DNA of 64,000 bases from an uncultured Dehalococcoidia bacterium (GCA_951812285.1 OX638292.1:1387279-1451278); one strand, 5' to 3'. Numbered from the stretch's first letter, positions 52,613-62,168 are shown. Program-made: numbers and translations. The notes: generated by a model not told the origin, from the sequence alone.

Positions 52613-53800
52613 ATGACCCGCAGAGCCAACATATTTCTGCTCGTAACGGCTGTAGCCGTCGCGGTGCTGCTGGGCTTCGCAGCGTGCGGCGAGGGGGAGC
52701 CGGCCACGAATCCGACGGCTACGGTGACTGCGGAGGTGACCTCGGGGAAGGAGCCCAACGCGTCGGTGCGGGGCACGGTCACGTACCGCGAGGACATACC
52801 ACTGACCTCGGGGGCGCAGCTGGAGGTTGAGTTGCGCGACACGTCGCTGCAGGACGCGGCCGCGCCGCTGATCGCGCAGCAGGTCATCGAGGACCCGGGC
52901 CAGGCGCCGATCGCGTTCGAGGTCGAGTACAGCCGCGACGACATCGTCGAGGGACACACGTACTCGATCCAGGTCAGGATCATCGAGGGGGACGGCCGGC
53001 TGGCCTTCGTGAACGACACTTCGTTCGACGTCATTACGCGCGGCAATCCGGACGAGGTGGACATACCGCTCGTACTCGTGCAGCCGCCGCCGGAGCTTGC
53101 CGCGCAGGTGGAAGGCGACCACCGGACGTGGGTGGAGCGGCCTCCGGAGGTCATTCGCGCGCACGCGTGGGACGAGGGCGGGAACAAGCACATCCGCATC
53201 GAGTACTACCAGTCCGACGTGGAGAACTGCGCACGGCCGGGCAGCCAAGGCATCGAGGTTGCGGGCAGGGAGATTGCGATCACATTCACGTTGCAGCAGC
53301 CGCCGGAGACGCCGTGGGGCTCGGGCTGCGGGGCCTCCTACGTCGAGCTTGACAACATCGAGCGCATTCCGGCGGAGCTGGAGAGCGGGAAGCCGTATAC
53401 CATCACGGTCAACGGACAGGCCGTCGCCAGTTTCAGCGTGCCGGACGAGAAGCTGGGGCACACGGTGATAGCGGACTCGCTGGTGCAGAGCGTCGAGGTG
53501 GTGGAGATGGAGAGCGACCTGGTGCAGTTTGCGCTGCGGATTGTTTCCGGCAGGCCTTCGGGTAGCTGCACGCAGTACAACGGCTACGAGATCACTCGCA
53601 CGAACGGCAACAGGATCGACGTGCGCGTCACGCACCACAGCAAGGGTGACCCGAACGTTATCTGCACCAAGGACTTCCCCATCGACGAGACGATCGTGCC
53701 GCTGGGCGTCCTCGAGGAGGGCGTGGAGTACACGGTGACCGTGAACGGCAAGCCGCTGTCGGAGTATGGCGAACAGTCGAAGGTGGTTGTGGGGAAGTAA
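52613..53800 (+). CDS. lipoprotein with an N-terminal YbaY-like domain and two C-terminal repeated beta-rich modules
   Basis: ATG 52613 preceded by GAGGTGA. Lipobox LLGFAAC. VRGTVTYREDIPLTSGAQLEVELRDTSLQDAAAPLIAQQVI...YSIQVRIIEGDGRLAFVND resembles YbaY. Two later modules end in GKPYTITVNGQ and GVEYTVTVNGK. Confidence 0.6.
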   Translation: MTRRANIFLLVTAVAVAVLLGFAACGEGEPATNPTATVTAEVTSGKEPNASVRGTVTYREDIPLTSGAQLEVELRDTSLQDAAAPLIAQQVIEDPGQAPIAFEVEYSRDDIVEGHTYSIQVRIIEGDGRLAFVNDTSFDVITRGNPDEVDIPLVLVQPPPELAAQVEGDHRTWVERPPEVIRAHAWDEGGNKHIRIEYYQSDVENCARPGSQGIEVAGREIAITFTLQQPPETPWGSGCGASYVELDNIERIPAELESGKPYTITVNGQAVASFSVPDEKLGHTVIADSLVQSVEVVEMESDLVQFALRIVSGRPSGSCTQYNGYEITRTNGNRIDVRVTHHSKGDPNVICTKDFPIDETIVPLGVLEEGVEYTVTVNGKPLSEYGEQSKVVVGK

Positions 53801-53925
53801 CACAACGGCGCAGGCCAAAGGGCCATGTCAGGGGGGAGGGCCAGAGGGGGCCCTCCTCCTTTGTTGGGTTGAACGGGCACGTTGGCGAGGGACTAACCGA
53901 GCGAGTCCGTGGGTTGGGCTCCAGT

Positions 53926-55641
53926 CTAGGTGTCCTCGGTATGGCGGAAGCGAAGCTCGGAGCGGAGCTGCTTCACCAGGTCCTCGACCTCATTGCTGTC
54001 GGCGCTGTAGCGGTAGAGGGAGTGGCGCAGGGCTTCGAGGGCGCCCTCGAGCTCGGGCCAGACGACTTCCGTAACGCCCAGGCGCTTGAGGCGCTCGCCT
54101 TCCTCGCGCTGTCGGACGAGGGTCACGGTATCGAGATCCGGGTTGATTGCCAGTGCGTTGTGCGTGGTGAGCCACGTCGCCACGGGGTCGGTGACGCAGA
54201 CGACGAGGAGACGGGCGTAACGCACGCTGGCGGCCTCGAGGACGCGCTCGTTGTGGCTATCGCCGTGGAGGACGGTTGTGCCGCGGTCGCGCCAGGGACG
54301 GAGGAGATTCGGGTCGAGGTCAATGGCGATGAAGGGGACGCCGTGCTCGTTCAGGATCTCCGCGACCAGCGTGCCGACGCGCCCGATGCCGCAGACGACG
54401 GCGTGACCGCGCATGTGGTGGATGCGGGACTCGAACTCGGGACGGCCGAGGCGATAGGGGCGGAAGGAGCGGTAGCGGGAGCTTACCGCCGCCATAGCGG
54501 AGGCGCCGCCGGACATAAGACCGGGGGTGAGGGCCATCGTGATGACGGCGGAGACGATGACCAGTGAGAAGACATCTTCCCCAACGATGTCGAGCTGTAG
54601 CGCGGTTGCCGCGAGAAGGAAGCTGAACTCTCCAATCTGCATCATGCCGAACCCGACCAACATCGCCGTGTGGGGCAGGTAGCCGAAGGCGCGGCCGATG
54701 ACTGCGGTGACGGCGAACTTACCGACCAGCACCGCGGCGACGATGGCCAGCACGGGCACGGGGTCCTGCATGATGTGCACGGGGTCCGTGAGCATGCCGA
54801 GGGATACGAAGAACATGGCGGCGAAGGTGTCCCGGAGCGGCGTAATCTCGGCCAGGGCGCGGTGGCCGAAGTCGGACTCGCTGAGGAGGACGCCGGCCAC
54901 GAAGGCGCCGAGGGCGGCGGAGAGGCCGGCGGCGCTGGTGAGGCCTGCGGTGCTGAAAGAGATGGCTACGAGGGAGAGGATGAAAATCTCGCGGGAGCCG
55001 AGCTGCGTGACGCGATGGAGCAGCCACGTCAGCACGCGGCCGCCGAGGAGGGCCATGCCGCCAAGAACGGCGGCCGCCTTCAGCAGGCCGATCGCGAGCT
55101 CGGTGAGGAGGCCGCCGCCCTCGCCGCCGAGGGCGGGCAGGATGGCGATCATCGGGATGAAGGCGAGGTCCTGCACGAGGAGCATTCCCGTCAGGATGCG
55201 GCCGTGGAGGCTGAGGAGCTCGCCGCGGTCGTTCAGGGTCTTCAGGACGACCATGGTGCTGCTGAGGGAGATGGCGAAGGCGAGGGTCAGCGCACTGGCG
55301 GTCTCAAGGCCGAGCAGGAGGGCCACGCCGTAGCCGATGGCGCCCATGCAGGCAATCTGGGCGAGGGTGCCGAACACCGCGATGTTGCGCAGCTTGACGA
55401 CGTCGCGGAAGGAGACTTCCACGCCTACGGCGAACAGCAGGAGGATGACGCCGAACTCGGCCAGCGACTCCACGGTCTGCTGGTTGCCGATGACCTCGAG
55501 GACGTGCGGGCCGATGATCATGCCTGCAGCGAGATAGCCGACGATCACGGGCAATCGCAGCAGCCGCGCCGCCAGGGAACCGGCAAATGCGGCTGCGAAG
55601 ATGATGACAATGTCCCAGAAGAGGGAAAGTTCGTGGGGCAT
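53926..55641 (-). CDS. CPA2-family cation:proton antiporter with C-terminal RCK/TrkA-N domain (Kef-type)
   Basis: 571 aa. N-terminal VIVGYLAAGMIIGPHVL, about 12 TM segments, and a Rossmann motif HAVVCGIGRVG in the soluble C-terminus. Confidence 0.87.
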   Translation of the reverse strand: MPHELSLFWDIVIIFAAAFAGSLAARLLRLPVIVGYLAAGMIIGPHVLEVIGNQQTVESLAEFGVILLLFAVGVEVSFRDVVKLRNIAVFGTLAQIACMGAIGYGVALLLGLETASALTLAFAISLSSTMVVLKTLNDRGELLSLHGRILTGMLLVQDLAFIPMIAILPALGGEGGGLLTELAIGLLKAAAVLGGMALLGGRVLTWLLHRVTQLGSREIFILSLVAISFSTAGLTSAAGLSAALGAFVAGVLLSESDFGHRALAEITPLRDTFAAMFFVSLGMLTDPVHIMQDPVPVLAIVAAVLVGKFAVTAVIGRAFGYLPHTAMLVGFGMMQIGEFSFLLAATALQLDIVGEDVFSLVIVSAVITMALTPGLMSGGASAMAAVSSRYRSFRPYRLGRPEFESRIHHMRGHAVVCGIGRVGTLVAEILNEHGVPFIAIDLDPNLLRPWRDRGTTVLHGDSHNERVLEAASVRYARLLVVCVTDPVATWLTTHNALAINPDLDTVTLVRQREEGERLKRLGVTEVVWPELEGALEALRHSLYRYSADSNEVEDLVKQLRSELRFRHTEDT

Positions 55642-55788
55642 GCGATTGTCCTTCCGGCCACATGATGGAAAGGCAGGAGGCGTCCGGAGCGCGCGTGGAA
55701 GGGTGTCATGGTATTAGACGCAGGCGGGCGGGGCAAGGAAGGGAGGCCAACCGGCGCAGGAACGAGGGGCCTCGGAAGGAAACGCCGG

Positions 55789-57045
55789 CTAGCCGGTCCG
55801 GGCGGCCCGCATCCGATCGAGGCGGCCGCGAATGCCGGTCTCGGGCAGCAGCATGCCGTTGATGAAGAGGGTGATGTTCAGGGGGGCGACGATCGCGAGG
55901 CCGATGAAGAGCGAGCCCGTGCCTTCCTGCATCAGCCCGACGAAGAGTGGCCCCCACATCGCGCTGAAGGGGAAGACGGTGCGGATGAGCCCCTGCCCCA
56001 CGGCGACCTCGCGGTGCGCGAGCCTGAGGTCCATGGGGATGGTGAAGAGGACGGGGGCCACGCCCATCGCGAAGGCGCCGATGATGAAGAGGCAGAGCGC
56101 GGCGACCGGCACGCTGGGGGCTTGCAGCAAGAGCGTGTAGATGATGGGCAGGACGATGCCTGGCACCAAAACGAATGGCTTCCGCCTGCCTAGCCATTGC
56201 GAAATGGGGCCCGACGCCAAGGTGCCGCAGATGCCCCCGACGGGGAAGACGCTCATCAAGAGTCCCGCCGTTTCCAGCGAGATTCCAAGCTTGTCTATGG
56301 CGTAGGTTGGGTAGAAGGTGAGGAACGAGCCGAAGCACACGGCGACGCCTATCTGAGCGGTCGCTACGATCCAGAGGACTTTGTTGCGGCGCAGGACGCC
56401 CGCAGGGTTGGCCTCGTGCTGGGGCGCTCCGCCTGACTCGGTGCGGGTTCCGCGTTCGCGTCCCATGAAGACCCATGACGCTACGATGAGGACCATCAAG
56501 GCGCCAACGAGGTAATAGTAGCTGCGCCAACTGTCGAGGAGCAGGACGATGGCGGGCGTGGCAGCGAGCGCCAGAACCTGGCCGGTGGAGCGGCTGCCGT
56601 AGTCGAGGCTGTTGACGGTGGCGTAGAGCCTGGGCCGGAACCACTGCTGGATGAGCATGACCTGTAGCTGGATGCGCACCGCGGACGCCATAACGAATCC
56701 AAGCCTGCCAAGCACGAGGACGAGGGCTCCCGGGGACAACGCCTGAACGATGGTGAACGCGGCCATGCCAAGGCCGCTCAGGAGCGTGACGAGCTTCGGG
56801 CTGTAGCGCGTCAGCCAGATGCTTGCGGGGAGGGCCATGAGGCCGAAGCCCATGAAGCCGGCGGTGCCCAGCAGGCCCGCCTGCGTCGGCGAGAGGTCGA
56901 GCTCCTCGCGCCAGAGGGGGATGAGGACGCCGATGGAGAAGAAGACAAGGTTGTTGACGTAGTCCATGGCCCACAGGTGGAGCATGACCACCCAGGCGTA
57001 GCGTGGCTGGCTGGCGTTGTAACCTGAGGTTGGTCTCGAGCTCAC
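55789..57045 (-). CDS. MFS transporter
   Basis: 418 aa, about 12 TM segments. Divergent from the panD operon. Confidence 0.82.
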   Translation of the reverse strand: MSSRPTSGYNASQPRYAWVVMLHLWAMDYVNNLVFFSIGVLIPLWREELDLSPTQAGLLGTAGFMGFGLMALPASIWLTRYSPKLVTLLSGLGMAAFTIVQALSPGALVLVLGRLGFVMASAVRIQLQVMLIQQWFRPRLYATVNSLDYGSRSTGQVLALAATPAIVLLLDSWRSYYYLVGALMVLIVASWVFMGRERGTRTESGGAPQHEANPAGVLRRNKVLWIVATAQIGVAVCFGSFLTFYPTYAIDKLGISLETAGLLMSVFPVGGICGTLASGPISQWLGRRKPFVLVPGIVLPIIYTLLLQAPSVPVAALCLFIIGAFAMGVAPVLFTIPMDLRLAHREVAVGQGLIRTVFPFSAMWGPLFVGLMQEGTGSLFIGLAIVAPLNITLFINGMLLPETGIRGRLDRMRAARTG

Positions 57046-57370
57046 TGAAGGGGGCCGCTGCCGACAGGTTCCATGCTATTGATGTTGACATGGACGGGGG
57101 CGATGCACAAATCGCGGAGCGGGCCGGTGACCCTTTCAGTCCCAGCGATCTCGGGCATGGCCCGGAAACAAGGTGATATTTAACATTCGTAAAGTAGGGG
57201 AACAAGGCCGGTTTAGTATCAATCGAACGAATACTTGATTGTTAGTGAATCGAAGCAGTCTTGAGGAAATTGGTTTGAATGCGTAAAAGTACATGCTTGG
57301 CGATTCCGACTTACGGCAAACAATCGAAATCGTGTTGCTGGAGAGCGACGAAATCAACCGTTAATCCTGT

Positions 57371-57399
57371 TTGACAGGCCTTGAGGCCGACAATAGCAT
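57371..57399 (+). promoter_or_regulatory. sigma70-type promoter for the panD-methyltransferase operon (leader of about 200 nt)
   Basis: TTGACA (57371-57376), a 17-nt spacer, then TAGCAT (57394-57399). It lies in a 567-nt AT-rich divergent intergenic region. Confidence 0.5.
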
Positions 57400-57612
57400 G
57401 CCCCCGTCACCGGCATCACATTGAGGGCCGCGATGCGTCCCTTACGCCTGAAAACGGTTAGCAGCCATGTTTAAACAAATTGCACTCTACCAAGACAAAT
57501 GGATCGCACCGGGTCTGGCGCTCGCTGACCTGGGTCTACTCAATCGCGTCCCCTGACGCCCCGTTCAGCCACCTTCCGTTTACCCTCAAGCCTTACCAAT
57601 CAGGAGGATGCT

Positions 57613-57978
57613 GTGCGTATTGTGTTGAAGTCCAAGATCCATCGCGGTTACGTCACTGGAACCGGCCTCGACTACGTCGGGAGCGTCGAGATCGATCGCG
57701 CGCTCATGCAGAAGTGCGACCTGTGGGAGTACGAGCAGGTCGTGATTTGCAACGTCAACAACGGCAATCGGTGGGAGACCTACGTGCTGCCGGCCGAGTA
57801 CGGCTCGGGCACCATCGCGGTGCAGGGTCCGGGGGCGCGGCTGTGCGAGCCGGGCGACATCGTTGTCATTCTCGCGTACGAGGTCACGGACGAGCCTGTC
57901 GAGCCCAAGCAAATCCTGGTCGACGAGAACAATCGCTTTATCGACTACCTGAGGACGAAGTATGAGCAGCCGGTATAG
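57613..57978 (+). CDS. panD: aspartate 1-decarboxylase (pyruvoyl-dependent)
   Basis: 121 aa. GTG start 5 nt after AGGAGG. LKSKIHRGYVTGTGLDYVGSVEID contains the conserved Gly-Ser self-cleavage dipeptide. The C-terminal part is also PanD-like. Confidence 0.92.
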   Translation: MRIVLKSKIHRGYVTGTGLDYVGSVEIDRALMQKCDLWEYEQVVICNVNNGNRWETYVLPAEYGSGTIAVQGPGARLCEPGDIVVILAYEVTDEPVEPKQILVDENNRFIDYLRTKYEQPV

Positions 57979-58786
57979 CGAGGCAGAAACCGAGCGGTTC
58001 TACGACGAAGAGGACGCCATCTACCGCTCGTTCTGGGACGCCGAGGGGAGCCTGCACTGGGGCTACTTCGACGAGACCACCGATGGCGACTTCATGCGGG
58101 CCTCGGCGCGGCTGGACGAGGTCATGGCCGCGAAGGGCGGCATCGACACGAGCTCGCACGTGCTGGACCTTGGCTGCGGCAACGGCAACACGTCCCTGTG
58201 GCTGGCGAAGACCTACGGGTGCCGAGTCACGGGCATCGACCTGAGCAGTGTGCGTGTGAACAACGCAAGGGAGATGGCGGCACGGGAGGCAGAGAAGGTG
58301 CAGCGGTTGCTGCGATTCGAGCACGGCTCCGCGACGGACCTCCCCTTCGATGACGGTGAGTTCACGCACGTCTGGAGCCAGGCGACCATCTACCACGTGC
58401 CGGACAAGGAGACCGCGCTGCAGGAGAGCCGCCGCGTGCTCAAACTGGGCGGCCTGCTGGTGTTGGACGACCTACTGAAGCCCATGCCCGTCGTGAGCGA
58501 GCAGTCGCGGCAGTACGTCTACGACCGGCTGCTGTTCGACACGCCGTTCAGCTTCACGGGTTACCAGGACTACCTGAAGGAGATCGGCTTCACCATAGTT
58601 GAGGCGGAGGACCTCTCCGGGTACCTGAGGCAGAGCTACCAGCACCTGGGCTCCAAGGCCCGTCACCACGCCCGTGGGGAGCTCGAGGAGAAGCTGACGG
58701 CGTTGAACTTCGCGTACGGGAAGATGGTGGAGGCGGTGGAGCGCGACGAGCTCGGATGGGGGCTGTATATCGCGCAGGCAAGCTAG
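57962..58786 (+). CDS. class I SAM-dependent N-methyltransferase of the sarcosine/dimethylglycine (SDMT/GSMT)-like family
   Basis: 274 aa. The ATG overlaps the panD 3' end by 17 nt. Blocks FYDEEDAIYRSFWDAEGSLHWGYF, VLDLGCGNGNTSLWLAK, GSATDLPFDDGEFTHVWSQATIYH, RVLKLGGLLVLDD and a C-terminal LGWGLY line up with my recollection of cyanobacterial/halophile SDMT. Confidence 0.8.
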   Translation: MSSRYSEAETERFYDEEDAIYRSFWDAEGSLHWGYFDETTDGDFMRASARLDEVMAAKGGIDTSSHVLDLGCGNGNTSLWLAKTYGCRVTGIDLSSVRVNNAREMAAREAEKVQRLLRFEHGSATDLPFDDGEFTHVWSQATIYHVPDKETALQESRRVLKLGGLLVLDDLLKPMPVVSEQSRQYVYDRLLFDTPFSFTGYQDYLKEIGFTIVEAEDLSGYLRQSYQHLGSKARHHARGELEEKLTALNFAYGKMVEAVERDELGWGLYIAQAS

Positions 58787-58835
58787 TCCGCGCGGTTAGG
58801 GTGACATAACGAGATAACCCATGGAGGACCAAGCA

Positions 58836-59462
58836 ATGACCAGTCAAAACAGGGTGCAATGGATCTACTCATCCAAGGATATCAATGAGCTTCAGGAGCG
58901 ATACGACTACTGGGCGGCAGAATACGACTCGGACCTGGACCGCGATTTCGGTTGGTTTGCCCCGCAGTTGGCCGCAGAAGTCCTCCAAAGGTATGTGCCA
59001 ACCACGGCGCGCATCCTCGACGCCGGGGCGGGCACGGGCCTGGTCGGCAAGGCGCTCAAGGAGATGGGGTACGGCTCTATCGTCGCCATGGACCTTTCCA
59101 CTGGCATGCTGGAGGTTGCAAAGAAGACCGAGGCATACGAGAGCTTCGACCAGATGGTGCTCGGTGAAACGCTGGGCTATGAGACCGACAGCTTCGACGC
59201 GGTAATCAGCGTTGGTGTGTTCACGGTCGGTCACGTACCCGCCGGTGGCCTCGACGATCTGGTGCGGGTCACCAAGCCCGGCGGCTTTATCGTCTACTCG
59301 CTGCGGCCAGACGTGTACGAGGAGAACGGCTTCAGGGAGAAGCACGCAGAGCTTGAAGCCGCCGGCAAACTTTCAATTGTGGAAGTTACAGAGCCTGTAC
59401 ACGTGCTGCCCATCGGGGAGCCAGAGGTGGAGCACCAGGTCTGGGTGCTCAGGATCAGCTAG
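58836..59462 (+). CDS. class I SAM-dependent methyltransferase, tandem paralog A
   Basis: 208 aa from the ATG at 58836 (GGAGGA 7 nt upstream). SAM motif ILDAGAGTGLVG, DLSTGML, RVTKPGGFIVYS. Confidence 0.8.
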   Translation: MTSQNRVQWIYSSKDINELQERYDYWAAEYDSDLDRDFGWFAPQLAAEVLQRYVPTTARILDAGAGTGLVGKALKEMGYGSIVAMDLSTGMLEVAKKTEAYESFDQMVLGETLGYETDSFDAVISVGVFTVGHVPAGGLDDLVRVTKPGGFIVYSLRPDVYEENGFREKHAELEAAGKLSIVEVTEPVHVLPIGEPEVEHQVWVLRIS

Positions 59463-59487
59463 TCGAACGAGGAAAGGGAGGCCGGTC

Positions 59488-60114
59488 ATGGCACAGCAGA
59501 ACAAGGTGCAGTGGGTCTACGAGGCTAAGGACAACGATGAGCTCGAGGCACGCTACGACGAGTGGGCGGCGGAGTACGACGCCGACGTCATCGATGAATT
59601 CGGCTACTTTGGGCCGCAGCGGGGCGCGGACATCTTCGAGCGGTTCGTGCCGACGAGCGCGCGGGTCCTTGACGCCGGGGCGGGCACGGGGCTGGTGGGC
59701 GCCGTGCTGAAGGAGAAGGGCTACGGGTCCATCACGGCGATGGACCTGTCCAACGGGATGTTGGAAGAGGCGAAAAAGACGGGCGCGTACGAGGGCTTCG
59801 ACCGAATGGTGCTGGGCGAGACGCTGGGCTACGAAACGGCGAGCTTCGACTCGACGATCAGCATCGGTACGTTCTCGCTGGGGCACGCCCCGGCTAGCGG
59901 CCTCAACGAACTGGTGCGGGTTACCAAGCCGGGCGGGTACATAGTGTACTCGGTGCGGGCCGACGTGTACGTCGAGAACGGGTTCCAGGCGAAGCACGAG
60001 GAGCTGGTGTCGGCGGGCAAAGTTACCATCGTGGACGGCACGGAGCCGGAGCACCTGCTGCCCAAGGGCGAGCCGGAGCTGGAGCACCGGTTCTGGGTGC
60101 TGAGGGTCAGCTAG
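59488..60114 (+). CDS. class I SAM-dependent methyltransferase, tandem paralog B
   Basis: 208 aa from the ATG at 59488 (GGGAGG upstream). Gapless alignment with paralog A gives 141/208 identical positions by my hand count. Confidence 0.8.
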   Translation: MAQQNKVQWVYEAKDNDELEARYDEWAAEYDADVIDEFGYFGPQRGADIFERFVPTSARVLDAGAGTGLVGAVLKEKGYGSITAMDLSNGMLEEAKKTGAYEGFDRMVLGETLGYETASFDSTISIGTFSLGHAPASGLNELVRVTKPGGYIVYSVRADVYVENGFQAKHEELVSAGKVTIVDGTEPEHLLPKGEPELEHRFWVLRVS

Positions 60115-60143
60115 ACCGACAGCGCACCAGCAAGAGCCACTGG

Positions 60144-60170
60144 AAGGGCCCGGCGCATCGCCGGGCTCCT
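60144..60170 (+). terminator. hairpin terminator candidate ending the panD-methyltransferase operon
   Basis: GCCCGGCG-catc-GCCGGGC followed by TCCTTTG. Confidence 0.45.
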
Positions 60171-60282
60171 TTGCGAGCATCGGATTTCAGCTTGCCACGC
60201 GCGCCCCGATGCTGCTACGGTTCCGAAGCGACCCATGCCCACTTCACGTGGCATGGCGTGCGGACATCGCTTGGAGGCAGCA

Positions 60283-60672
60283 ATGGGCAGAAGGCAGACC
60301 ATCCACATTCCCGGCGTGGCGCACAACGCGCCAATTCCCTTTGGCGCCCGGGTGGGCAACATCGTGTACAGCTCAGGGATCCAGGGCATCAACGCAGACG
60401 ACGGCCAGCTGAGCGAGGACGTCAACGAGCAGGCTCGGCAGTGCTTCCGCAACCTGCGGACGTTCCTGGAGCACGCGGGCGCGACGACGGACGACGTCGT
60501 TCGCATTACGTGCTACCTGCAGGACCTTGCCGACCGGCCGTCGATCAACGGGCCGTGGCTGGAGATGTTCCCGGACGAGGACGACCGGCCGGCGCGGCAC
60601 ACGAGCCAGTACAACCCGCCGCCCGGTGGGATGAAGGTGCAGATTGAGGTGATTGCGGTGGTGGAGGAGTAG
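60283..60672 (+). CDS. ridA: RidA/YjgF-family reactive-intermediate deaminase
   Basis: ATG 60283 lies 5 nt after GGAGG. VGNIVYSSGIQG..., VVRITCYLQDL..., ARHTSQ...IEVIAVV. Confidence 0.85.
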   Translation: MGRRQTIHIPGVAHNAPIPFGARVGNIVYSSGIQGINADDGQLSEDVNEQARQCFRNLRTFLEHAGATTDDVVRITCYLQDLADRPSINGPWLEMFPDEDDRPARHTSQYNPPPGGMKVQIEVIAVVEE

Positions 60673-60746
60673 GGGCGCGCCGTTCAATCTGAGCCTGTAG
60701 AAGCGCGCTTGCCTGTCCTCCGGCAAAGCCAGAACGCAAGGCGGGG

Positions 60747-61151
60747 TTGTGGGCGACAGAGGCAGACGCGAGTATGGAGCTTCACAGAGGCCAATTCCTT
60801 AGAGCGTTTGGTGCATCACTCGTCACCGGTATGGGGGTCGCGCTGGATTTCACTGTTCTCAACAACTACGCAGTTTGGATTCCTATCCTTGTCGCTGTGC
60901 TCACAATTGGCGTGCCGCCCTTTTGTGCCGGTTGGCTGTCGTCCAATAGGAGGTATGCTGCGCTCTTCCCTGTGACCGTCTTCGGCAGCCTAGCTGTGGC
61001 GAGCGCAATCGGCGGTCCCATAAGCACGGACTCGGATGCCGTAGGATTCATCGCGATGCTTAGCGCAATCTACGGCAGTCTGGCAGCCGCAATGTACTTT
61101 GTTGGATGGTTGCTGGCCGACACCTTCTTGAGACGGCGGTACGGAGGCTGA
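60747..61151 (+). CDS. hypothetical 3-4 TM membrane protein
   Basis: 134 aa; the ATG at 60774 is an alternative start. Hydrophobic segments and somewhat lower GC. No family recognised. Confidence 0.45.
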   Translation: MWATEADASMELHRGQFLRAFGASLVTGMGVALDFTVLNNYAVWIPILVAVLTIGVPPFCAGWLSSNRRYAALFPVTVFGSLAVASAIGGPISTDSDAVGFIAMLSAIYGSLAAAMYFVGWLLADTFLRRRYGG

Positions 61152-61202
61152 TGAGTGAATCCGGCTCTTTAAGACCCTGAGGCCAAACACAAAGGAGGAG
61201 AG

Positions 61203-62168
61203 ATGAAGGCTGTACAGGTATCGGTTGCTGGCGGGCCGGAGGTGCTGGAGTACGTGGATGTGCCGGACCCGGAGCCGGGTGAAGGCGAGGCGCTTGTCGA
61301 GCTGAGCGCCGCCGGCGTGAACTACATGGACGTGTACGTTCGGTCCGGCGCCAACAACCCGTCGCTGCCGATCATCCCCGGCGGCGAGGGCGCGGGCGTC
61401 GTGGTGCGCGTTGGGCCTGGGGTGACGGAGGTCTCGGTGGGCGACCGGGTGGCGTACACGGGCGCAGGTGCGTCGTACGCCGAGAGGGTCGTTGTACCGG
61501 CGTGGCGGCTCATCAGGGTGCCGGACGACATGGACATCGAGATGGGCGCGGCGGTCATGCTGCAGGGCATGACGGCGCACTACCTCGCGAACTCCACGTA
61601 CCCGCTGAGGGCGGGCGACACGGCGCTGGTGCACTCGGGAGCGGGGGGCGTCGGGCTGCTGCTCATTCAGATGGCCAAGATGCGCGGCGCGACGGTCATC
61701 ACAACGGTCTCGACCGGCGAGAAGGCGGAGCTGGCGAAGGGCGCCGGCGCCGATCACGTCATCCTGTACACGCAGCAGGACTTCGCGGAAGAGGTCAAGA
61801 GCATCACCGACGGCAAGGGCGTGCAAGTGGTGTACGACGCGGTGGGGGCGGACACCTTCGAGGGCGGCATCGCGAGCCTGGCGCAGCGGGGCTACATGGT
61901 GCTGTACGGACAAGCCAGCGGGCCCGTGCCTACGGTCACGCTGTCCACGCTGAACCCCAAGTCGCTGTTCCTTACGCGGCCGGGGCTGTTCTCCTACACG
62001 GCGACTCGCGAGGAGCTGGAGATGCGGGCCGGCGAGGTGCTGGGCTGGGTGCAGTCGGGTAAGCTCGACGTGAGGGTGCACGGGCGCTTTGCGCTGTCGG
62101 ACGCGGCGGAGGCGCACCGGCAACTGCAGGGACGGGTGACGACGGGGAAGCTGCTGTTGATTCCGTAG
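61203..62168 (+). CDS. qor: NADPH:quinone oxidoreductase (zeta-crystallin-type MDR), paralog 1
   Basis: 321 aa. GVNYMDVYVRSG, LVHSGAGGVGLLLIQMAK and a C-terminal ...GKLLLIP. Confidence 0.87.
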   Translation: MKAVQVSVAGGPEVLEYVDVPDPEPGEGEALVELSAAGVNYMDVYVRSGANNPSLPIIPGGEGAGVVVRVGPGVTEVSVGDRVAYTGAGASYAERVVVPAWRLIRVPDDMDIEMGAAVMLQGMTAHYLANSTYPLRAGDTALVHSGAGGVGLLLIQMAKMRGATVITTVSTGEKAELAKGAGADHVILYTQQDFAEEVKSITDGKGVQVVYDAVGADTFEGGIASLAQRGYMVLYGQASGPVPTVTLSTLNPKSLFLTRPGLFSYTATREELEMRAGEVLGWVQSGKLDVRVHGRFALSDAAEAHRQLQGRVTTGKLLLIP

